Positions 7,835 to 14,636 of a stretch of 14,636 nt of DNA are shown piece after piece. Each line of letters opens with the position of its first letter. The first letter of the stretch is position 1. This DNA is from a bacterium (GTDB lineage: Bacteria > Zhuqueibacterota > Zhuqueibacteria > Oceanimicrobiales > Oceanimicrobiaceae). The stretch spans positions 1 to 14,636 of the forward strand of contig JBHHXN010000134.1 of the NCBI GenBank assembly GCA_046757025.1, written 5' to 3'. The position numbers and the translations under genes are program-made. The notes below the pieces were generated by a model. The model searched no databases and was not told the origin of the DNA. It saw only the letters and a list, made by a program, of their open reading frames with translations.

Positions 7835-8851
7835 CTATTGTTTTTTCATGTCTTCGGCGGTCTGATAAAATACTTTTGCCCGTTGCGCTAAACTGTCGGC
7901 CCGGGTACTTAACCGCTGTTCGCGGCGGATCAGACTCGCAATGATTTCTTCAAATTCCTGCGGTGAAAGCCTGGAAATATCAAAATCCTTTTTGCTGGCG
8001 AAGATATTTTCCAACAAAATATTCCTGCCAGAAGTGAAATCCTGTAATGGCGAAACCTCTTCGTCGGTTAATGCCGTTTTTTCGCTGGCGGTGCTCAGCT
8101 CGCTGAACGATTCTTCCTGCTGATCAAAAAATGCGATATCCGTCACCAGATCCGCCATGCGATTTTGCAGCTCCTGCTCTTTTTTGAGCTCCAGCACCTT
8201 GTCGCGGATCTGCATGGATAATCGGCGCAACTTGTCTTCCTGGTCTTTCAGTAGGTCGGCTTTTCGCGCCACCTGCTGCGGGGAATCGTCCGCATCGATG
8301 TGCAGCTCGGTGATTTTGACCTCGCTTAAAAACGGTGGATTCACAGCTTGCTCCATGCGGTCTCTCTTCACACGCAAATCCGCCAATTCTCGCACCAGAG
8401 CAGCTTGTCTGTCTGGCGCCAGCTCTTTTTGCTCCAGATGCTTCAAATTTTCGTTCATAGCAACATCGTAAGCATTCAACAATTTTTTACCGGCTTTTTT
8501 TAGCTGACCGTTCAGCTTTCTCAGTTCAGAGTCGATTCTTTCGATTTTTTTGGAAATATCCTGCGATTCCTTGAAGTTTTTGTCGAGCTTTTGTCGTTGA
8601 AAAAAATTCAGCGCGGTTTTATTCTTTAACTTCTGAATATCCGCACCGTACTTTTGCACTTGTGCGGCGAGGGTGCTACGCTGCTGCTGCTTTTGTTGAA
8701 TAAGCGAATCGATTTGAGCGAATGCCTGTTCCAGCTCCATCAAGGTGAGATTTTGAGCGGTCACACTCTGACTAACCGCAAGAAATACGGTCATAACAAA
8801 AATATTGGTCAGCGTTTTCAGCTTTTTGAGAAGGTTATACAATTTCATCAT
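7835..8851 (-). CDS. Exported (periplasmic) coiled-coil protein of unknown function
   Basis: 338 aa, signal peptide (...FVMTVFLAVSQSVTA-Q), Q/E/K/L-rich heptad pattern throughout. Its stop is 9 bp from the barrel gene's start. Confidence 0.8.
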   Translation of the reverse strand: MMKLYNLLKKLKTLTNIFVMTVFLAVSQSVTAQNLTLMELEQAFAQIDSLIQQKQQQRSTLAAQVQKYGADIQKLKNKTALNFFQRQKLDKNFKESQDISKKIERIDSELRKLNGQLKKAGKKLLNAYDVAMNENLKHLEQKELAPDRQAALVRELADLRVKRDRMEQAVNPPFLSEVKITELHIDADDSPQQVARKADLLKDQEDKLRRLSMQIRDKVLELKKEQELQNRMADLVTDIAFFDQQEESFSELSTASEKTALTDEEVSPLQDFTSGRNILLENIFASKKDFDISRLSPQEFEEIIASLIRREQRLSTRADSLAQRAKVFYQTAEDMKKQ

Positions 8852-8910
8852 ATCAAATGTTTTTTACATACAAAATCCGTTTCCATAAGATTTACAATTA
8901 TCATGCCACA

Positions 8911-10299
8911 TCAAATCAAACCGTATTTTTCCAACTTATAATACAGCGCACTGGTTTTGATGCCCAACCGTTTCGCGGCCGCGGTTTTGATGCCGTGGCA
9001 CTGAGTCAGAGCTTTTTTGAGCAGCTCCCTTTCCACGGATTCCAGGGTCTTGTTTAAATTCAATTCGTTGTCCGCGGTCCCTGACAGTTGAGCAGCCTCA
9101 GAAAAAAGCGGTAAATCGTGCGCTCGAATGCGCTGATCCTCGCACAGCACCGCGGCTCTTTCTAAAACGTTTTCCAATTCGCGAATATTTCCCGGCCAGT
9201 GGTAGGCCAGCAATTTGGCGATGGCCGCGTCGTCGATGCTTAACTCTGCCATCTTCACTTCGGCGGCGATTTTTTTCATAAAATGCCCCACCAGCAGTGG
9301 GATATCTTCCTTGCGCTCCCGCAGCGGCGGCAGGTGCAGGGGAATGATGTGCAGCCGATAATACAGGTCTTCGCGGAAATGGCCCTGCGCGATTTCCTGC
9401 TGGAGATTTTTATTGGTGGCGGCGATGATGCGCACATCCGCGGTCAGCGTTTCCTCGCCGCCCACTCGTTCAAATTCTTTTTCCTGCAGAACCCGCAGCA
9501 GCTTCACCTGCGTGGACAGCGGAATGTCGCCGATTTCATCTAAAAAGAGGCTGCCTTTTTCAGCCAATTCAAAGCGGCCTTTTTTGCGCTTCAACGCGCC
9601 GGTGAACGCACCCCGCTCGTGTCCGAACAGCTCCGACTCCAGTACGCCTACGGCCAGGGCGCCGCAGTTGACGCGAACAAAAGCGCGCTCCCTGCGGGGA
9701 CTGGCTTTGTGAATGGCGCGGGCGATGAGCTCTTTGCCGGTGCCGCTTTCGCCGTAAATGATCACCGAGGAATCCCCTCTGGCTACTTTTTCGATGGTGC
9801 GGTAGATGTCCTGCATGGCCGGCGCTTTGCCGATGATCTCGCCGAAATTGAACTGCCCCTCCACCTGTTCGCGCAGATAGCGGTTTTCCTCTGCCAGCCG
9901 CCGCAACTCCTCATTTTGCTGAATGCGCGCTAAAATCTGGTTTATTTTCAGCGTCAACTCTTCCGGCGAAAACGGTTTGGTGATAAAATCCGCGGCGCCT
10001 TTTTGCATGGCTGCCACCGCCAGCTCGATGGTGCCGTAGGCCGTGATCACCAGCGCTTCGGTTTCGGGCGATGCCTGCTTTATTTTTTGCAGAAGTGTCA
10101 GGCCGTCCATGCCAGGCAGCTTGTAATCGGTGATCACCAGGCGGCAGCGGTGGTTACGCAGCATCGCCATTGCCTGCTCGCCGTCCACAGCTTCGGCGGC
10201 CCGATGACCCAGCTTGTGCACCACCCGCGCCATGCCTTCGCGCATGGTGTCGTTGTCTTCAACGACGAGGATGTGGAATTTTTTTTTGTTTTCGGACAC
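8911..10299 (-). CDS. Sigma54-dependent response regulator (NtrC/AtoC/ZraR-type: REC + AAA+ + Fis-type HTH)
   Basis: REC motifs VVED, VITD (phosphoacceptor), TAY and KPF. Walker A GESGTGKE, ESELFGHERGAFTGA, Walker B LFLDEI, FREDLYYRL, WPGNIRELEN, and HTH AAKRLGIKTSALYYKL. Confidence 0.96.
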   Translation of the reverse strand: MSENKKKFHILVVEDNDTMREGMARVVHKLGHRAAEAVDGEQAMAMLRNHRCRLVITDYKLPGMDGLTLLQKIKQASPETEALVITAYGTIELAVAAMQKGAADFITKPFSPEELTLKINQILARIQQNEELRRLAEENRYLREQVEGQFNFGEIIGKAPAMQDIYRTIEKVARGDSSVIIYGESGTGKELIARAIHKASPRRERAFVRVNCGALAVGVLESELFGHERGAFTGALKRKKGRFELAEKGSLFLDEIGDIPLSTQVKLLRVLQEKEFERVGGEETLTADVRIIAATNKNLQQEIAQGHFREDLYYRLHIIPLHLPPLRERKEDIPLLVGHFMKKIAAEVKMAELSIDDAAIAKLLAYHWPGNIRELENVLERAAVLCEDQRIRAHDLPLFSEAAQLSGTADNELNLNKTLESVERELLKKALTQCHGIKTAAAKRLGIKTSALYYKLEKYGLI

Positions 10300-10342
10300 A
10301 GGTAATTAAAAATAAATTAAGGCAAGTAAGTTACTTTTTTTG

Positions 10343-10371
10343 AAAATAGGGAAAAGGAGTAAATTTTGCAA
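10343..10371 (-). promoter_or_regulatory. Possible sigma70-type promoter for the regulator operon
   Basis: The minus strand reads TTGCAA-17 nt-TATTTT, ~44 nt upstream of GTG 10299. The AT-rich context makes a chance match possible. Confidence 0.35.
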
Positions 10372-10409
10372 ATAGATAATGCAGGAGAACATGGAAATTG
10401 CAGACTTGC

Positions 10410-10450
10410 AGGGGATTCACACTAAAATATTTTTTTCCATGAAATCCCCT
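10410..10450 (-). terminator. Inverted repeat downstream of the protease gene, possible terminator
   Basis: AGGGGATT (10410-10417) / AATCCCCT (10443-10450), with a large loop and no clean U tract. Confidence 0.3.
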
Positions 10451-10495
10451 TCGAGAGTGGTTAGGATTCTCTAAGATAAAGGATCACTTAGAAGG

Positions 10496-12583
10496 CTAAA
10501 GCAAAAGGGTCAACTTTTTTTCGTCCGTAAAAGGTTCTGTTTTTGGGGAATTCACGCTGAGTCTGTAGATATAGATACCCGAAGGCAAATCTCGGCCCAT
10601 TTCATCTCTGCCATCCCAAGTTACTGAATGGAAACCCACTTTGACAAAATTGTCCACAAAAGTTCGTGCTTCTTCACCCAGGATGTTATAAATCTTCAGC
10701 AAAACATGCGCATCTTCTGGTAATTCGAAGCGGATTTCTGTTTCGGGGTTGAAAGGATTGGGATAGTTCTGGTGCACGGCGATTTGATTCGGAATTCCTG
10801 GCGGCTGGTCTTCTGAAGGTTCTGCAGCCTGTTTGGGCACCCAATTACCCTTTGTTGAAACGGTGTTGGAGTAATTAGACTCGTTGCTGGCGTCATCAAC
10901 CGCCGTGATCTTGTATCGGAAGGTGGTTTGCGAGGCCGTGTTGATGGTCACGTCATTGTCGGTCCAGGTGGTATTGGCGGTGGTGGCCACAGAATTCCAG
11001 ATAATCTGACCTGTTTCAAGATCGTTGTAGCCGCGGTAGATAGTGTAGTGGTCCAGGTCCGGTTCGCTGTTGGCGTCCCACTGCAGGACAGGGTTTTGAC
11101 CGTTGCTGCCGGCGTTGACGATGACGAGGTTCTGGGTAGCGGCAGGTACAACAAAGTCGACATGAAAGGTTGCGGTCATCGTATTAGAAGAATTTGAAAT
11201 ATTTGTGATAGCAAATTCAGTGACACCACCTGATCGGTTATTGGTGTTTGGCGTAGTGAAGGGCGTAAAAGCCGTATTTGCAGAGGTTCCAGGGAAAGGA
11301 TCTCCCGGATCACCGACCGACCATTGATTTGGGTTGACGGCCTGATTATAATTGGTTGTGAAAGCGTTATCAGCGGAAACTATAATAATATTATCAATAT
11401 CGTTGGTTGTTGGAACATTACCTACAGCATTGAAAACAAGAAGACCACCCAAGGGCGTACTCCCTGCCTCCCACCAGGCCGGCATGAATCGATTAAATCC
11501 TGAATATTGTCTGTTTTCGATAACAAATTCTTCTCCACTTCCCGGATCCGTAAAGCGGTAAAAATCGAAGGTGGCATTATTGATTTGCGTCTCAACATAG
11601 CCGATAGTTTCTTGCATGTTGTTAGCAGTAATTTCAGTAGGCGTGGCCCAGCCGACGCTGATTTTACGCGGTGCATCCAAGTGGGAAGGGCATTCTCCTT
11701 TCCGGTTCGGGCCAATCCCTAAGCGATGCATAACACACCAGTCCCCCATGGGAGAAAGTCCCAGATTTTGGTCAAACCAGCGGCCATCGCATGCTTGACC
11801 AATAACATGAAAAGATTCATGGGCATGCGGACCAACATGAGTAAACGCGTTCGGTTGACTGGCAATATCTCCTAACCAGCGTTCCATGGTTGTGTAACCG
11901 CCCCAAAAAATATTATAATCAAATAAAGGTGTGCTTGAGGGCAAGCGGTTGGCTGTAATTCTGCTTTGGGTCGCCGTGCCAAAATTAGGGGAACCAAACC
12001 AGGCGATATTATGATAGCCATCACCGGCAGCGATAACACAGATGATATTATACCGACAGTTCCAGCCTGAACTAACTGCGCTATGTATAGAGTCAACGAT
12101 CAAATTATCTGTTTCAAAGCCGCTATCATAATCTGCAAAATTACCCATATTAAGCCAGACCGGCACCCCGTTGTTGTCCGGGTTAATGACGTCGCCGGTT
12201 ATCTGCACCAAACCGTGGGAATTTTCTTGATACCAGTCCCGCAAGCTGCCATAAACCAATTCACCATCGGGGCTTCTTCTCTGATCATCAATGTCTATTG
12301 AATAATAATCATCGGAAAACAATAGGTTCTCGAAATCGGTTACTGTATAAGTCGGGCTTGTATGGTGTGTTCCACCATTAAACTCAACCAGCAAGACTCC
12401 GATACTGACAGTAACCGGATAGCTGGGGGCGTAGGTAGCAAGAGCGGACGAAGTTCCCTCATTAACCAGACAATTCGGATCTTGATAATTATAGGTGTCA
12501 CTAAAAACGAAACTGTTTACAACCAGAATTAATTTCAAAACAACAATCCAGACTAAACCACAACGACTCATTCTACTTATCAT
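10496..12583 (-). CDS. Secreted M6 (immune inhibitor A-like) zinc metalloprotease with FN3-like domain and T9SS-type-A/FlgD-like C-terminal domain
   Basis: 695 aa, AGGAGG 6 nt before the ATG, signal peptide. M6-domain motifs VLLVEF, GSLRDWYQENSHG, HESFH (HExxH), GDWCVM, CPSHL...KISVGW, EFVIENRQ..GFN, GDPGDPFPG and FT..TTPN. FN3-like LQWDANSEPDLDHYTIYR...YKITAVD...ESNYSN, then QNYPNPFNP. Confidence 0.88.
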   Translation of the reverse strand: MISRMSRCGLVWIVVLKLILVVNSFVFSDTYNYQDPNCLVNEGTSSALATYAPSYPVTVSIGVLLVEFNGGTHHTSPTYTVTDFENLLFSDDYYSIDIDDQRRSPDGELVYGSLRDWYQENSHGLVQITGDVINPDNNGVPVWLNMGNFADYDSGFETDNLIVDSIHSAVSSGWNCRYNIICVIAAGDGYHNIAWFGSPNFGTATQSRITANRLPSSTPLFDYNIFWGGYTTMERWLGDIASQPNAFTHVGPHAHESFHVIGQACDGRWFDQNLGLSPMGDWCVMHRLGIGPNRKGECPSHLDAPRKISVGWATPTEITANNMQETIGYVETQINNATFDFYRFTDPGSGEEFVIENRQYSGFNRFMPAWWEAGSTPLGGLLVFNAVGNVPTTNDIDNIIIVSADNAFTTNYNQAVNPNQWSVGDPGDPFPGTSANTAFTPFTTPNTNNRSGGVTEFAITNISNSSNTMTATFHVDFVVPAATQNLVIVNAGSNGQNPVLQWDANSEPDLDHYTIYRGYNDLETGQIIWNSVATTANTTWTDNDVTINTASQTTFRYKITAVDDASNESNYSNTVSTKGNWVPKQAAEPSEDQPPGIPNQIAVHQNYPNPFNPETEIRFELPEDAHVLLKIYNILGEEARTFVDNFVKVGFHSVTWDGRDEMGRDLPSGIYIYRLSVNSPKTEPFTDEKKLTLLL

Positions 12584-12606
12584 TGGTAACCTCCTTTTTA
12601 AGCTTG

Positions 12607-14307
12607 TTATTTGATGAAAATAGCTTTCCTGGTTTGGACAAATTTACCTGCTACATTGATTTGATAGAAATAAATACCGCTGGCCACCTCACCTCCTTTC
12701 CAGTTTTTTCCATTCCAGTTTATCTGGTATATCCCAGGCTTTTGATTTTTATCGAGTAACGTTATCACCTCCTTCCCGGTTATATTAAAAACCTTAAGCG
12801 CGACCTGAGCAGGCTCCGGTATATGATATTTGATAGTCATCGAGGGATTAAACGGGTTGGGATAGCTCTGGAACAAATGAAGATTTGAGGGTATGTTTGA
12901 ATCCTCTTCCGCTATTTTAACGGAAGTTATGATTTCGCCTAAATTGCCATTGCGGCTGACTTGTTGCGCAAACACACCATTGCCGGTACCAACACCAATT
13001 TCATACCAGCAAAGAATGATCCCTCCATTGCCATCAACAACGGCAAATGGATCAAATTGTAATCCGCTGCGCACGCTGACTGCAGTATCAGAATCACCCC
13101 ATAATCTGTTTTGAGTTTTGTCAATTAACTGAGTATAGAGATCTGACGATGATTCAATGTTTTGTCTTCTATCATACCAGACTAGTATCACTGCGTCTCC
13201 TGAGATGATTGCGGATTCAGTAGATGCTTTTTTAGACTCCACTAAACTAACGGGGAATTTGTGGTCCCATAATGCCATACCTTTACTATTAATCAAATGG
13301 ATAAAGACATCACCTTGATCCATAGGACTTTCTCTCCATATAAAATAGAAGTTCTGGTCAGAATTGGCTACAGTGAGTGGCGGCGATGTTGGATCTTTCA
13401 CTGAGTCGGCCAGAACAACGCCCTCATTCCACACAATATTGCCACTGCTGTCAATTCTTTGCGCCCATAATTTAAAAAAGGGTTGGTTGTCAAAGTAAGA
13501 TTGGGTTTTGGCCGACAGGATAACCCCACCGTTACCATCAGTAGCCATTCTTCGAAAAAATGAGAATTGCCCTAAATTAACGCCTGGCCCCCACAATGGT
13601 ACGATTTTACCTGTAAACTTTTGGACAATGACATCCAGGTTTTGATTATATGAAACAATGAATTCGTTACTGCGGTGACAAACAACCTCAGCCTTTATAT
13701 CTATTTCAGATTCAACAATCAAAACACCTTCACTACCTAAAACCCGGCTGCCATCGCCATCAATTTTGTTGACATAAAGTTCTTTAAAGTTGTCCGGCTT
13801 GCGGTTTTCTGTCCAGAAAATAAAAGCGCCGCCTTTCTCATCTCCACATACCGCCAACGGAATCTGGTGTGCTGGCGACGGAGAGACCACCACCGCGCTG
13901 TCTCCCCAGACTCTCCCGCTGGTGCTATCGAATCGCTGCGCAAAAACCACCGCTCTGAGGGTATCCGCTACCTGTACCAATTCATTAAAAACCACTATCG
14001 CGCCGCCAACGCCATCTTCAAAAAGCATTAAATTGGCCTGGTCAAACTCGCCTATCCGTATTGGTAATCCTTGTTCGGGGAATTGTATAAAACCAAACCG
14101 ATCTAAACGTTGGATGCGAAGAAGTCGCCGGTTCGGCGGCGCACCCGTCTCCCAGGCAATGTAGCAGCCACCGCTGCCGTCGGTACAAATCTGAGGGTTA
14201 ATGGCGCCGCTGGCTACCTTAAGGTTTTGTGTCGGGTCGGTGGACCATTGCGAAAACGAACTTGATATACTAAAAGTCAAGAAAAGTAAAAAAGAAACGT
14301 ATCTCAT
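12607..14307 (-). CDS. Secreted DGxGG-repeat (probable beta-propeller) protein with T9SS-type-A/FlgD-like C-terminal domain
   Basis: 566 aa, signal peptide ending SFS-QW. About 8 units of DGxGG-hydrophobic-W...[AIV]Q[RK]xDxxGxxxW, some degenerate. C-terminal QSYPNPFNP...VFNITGKEV...WNG...SGIYFY. Its stop is 23 bp from the protease start. Confidence 0.85.
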   Translation of the reverse strand: MRYVSFLLFLTFSISSSFSQWSTDPTQNLKVASGAINPQICTDGSGGCYIAWETGAPPNRRLLRIQRLDRFGFIQFPEQGLPIRIGEFDQANLMLFEDGVGGAIVVFNELVQVADTLRAVVFAQRFDSTSGRVWGDSAVVVSPSPAHQIPLAVCGDEKGGAFIFWTENRKPDNFKELYVNKIDGDGSRVLGSEGVLIVESEIDIKAEVVCHRSNEFIVSYNQNLDVIVQKFTGKIVPLWGPGVNLGQFSFFRRMATDGNGGVILSAKTQSYFDNQPFFKLWAQRIDSSGNIVWNEGVVLADSVKDPTSPPLTVANSDQNFYFIWRESPMDQGDVFIHLINSKGMALWDHKFPVSLVESKKASTESAIISGDAVILVWYDRRQNIESSSDLYTQLIDKTQNRLWGDSDTAVSVRSGLQFDPFAVVDGNGGIILCWYEIGVGTGNGVFAQQVSRNGNLGEIITSVKIAEEDSNIPSNLHLFQSYPNPFNPSMTIKYHIPEPAQVALKVFNITGKEVITLLDKNQKPGIYQINWNGKNWKGGEVASGIYFYQINVAGKFVQTRKAIFIK

Positions 14308-14399
14308 TTTTTAGTTAGTCCTTTTTTTTTGAATTGTGCAGAAAGATATTGCATAACTATTGTTTATTTACCACAGACTACCAAATTTATGCTTCCGTT

Positions 14400-14552
14400 G
14401 AGACTGTCAAAAAGTAGGATTCTGCTTCAGCCTGAGCCCTTCGACAAGTTCAGGATAAACTGTGTCGAAGGCCGTAACCTATTGTTTTTAAAACATGCTT
14501 CGACTCCGCTCAGCATGAACTATTCATTGAAAGTGACTTTTTCGACAGTCTC
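14400..14552. mobile_element. 153-bp MITE-like element (GAGACTGTC termini) enclosing a CTTCGAC/GCTCAG-class REP doublet
   Basis: TIRs GAGACTGTCAAAAAGT (14400-14415) and ACTTTTTCGACAGTCTC (14536-14552) differ by one indel. A GTT direct repeat lies at 14397-14399 and 14553-14555. Internal arms: TTCAGCCTGAGC/GCTCAGCATGAA and CCTTCGACA/TGTCGAAGG. Confidence 0.78.
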
Positions 14553-14624
14553 GTTACCAGGAATTTCCAGCACCAGGTTGTTTTTAAGATCGAGGGCTGA
14601 ATCTTCGCAATATGGCATCTGCCT

Positions 14625-14636
14625 TAATTAGTGTCT
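14625..14636. mobile_element. Probable left end of a second copy of the 5309 MITE family, cut by the window edge
   Basis: The window ends TTAATTAGTGTCT, versus TTAAGTAGTGTCT at 5302-5314 (12/13). Only 6 bp of TIR are visible. Confidence 0.45.

Noticed and set aside
10279..10287. A9 tract at the 5' end of the regulator as a phase-variation switch
   Set aside because: The frame is intact (KKK) and A/T runs are common in this window; there is no evidence of slippage.
8911..10299. Gene symbol ntrC/atoC/zraR
   Set aside because: The family is clear, but orthology cannot be assigned from motifs and the context matches none of those systems.
14364..14618. 32-codon minus-strand ORF (MPYCEDSALD...VVCGK) restored when element B is removed
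   Set aside because: Too short, no clear RBS, no recognisable homology; a pseudogene call cannot be supported.
14329..14631. 100-aa plus-strand ORF
   Set aside because: TTG start in a poly-T run, reads through the palindromic MITE, and has no protein-like features.

Overview
Bacterial chromosomal region with all eight real genes on the minus strand. The many secreted proteins ending in an NYPNPFNP/FlgD-type (T9SS type A sorting-like) domain suggest an FCB-group organism such as KSB1 or Calditrichota (inference). In transcription order (right to left): a 566-aa DGxGG-repeat secreted protein; an M6/InhA-like metalloprotease with FN3 and sorting domains; an orphan sigma54-dependent response regulator; a periplasmic coiled-coil protein; and an outer-membrane beta-barrel. 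Next come a clear sigma54 -24/-12 promoter with a tandem palindromic enhancer-like site, a lipoprotein apparently fusing emfourin-like and BsuPI-like protease-inhibitor domains, and a ~1031-aa protein of eight carboxypeptidase-regulatory-like repeats. Last is a >=631-aa YCF48/BNR double-propeller protein that the ORF track misses because it runs off the left edge. Intergenic DNA holds two MITE-like elements (152 and 153 bp, each enclosing a different REP-type doublet), a REP-like element with an internal 25-29 bp tandem expansion, and probably the start of another MITE copy at the right edge. The most interesting candidate is a sigma54-controlled envelope-sensing / anti-protease module. All family assignments are by eye, with no database searches.
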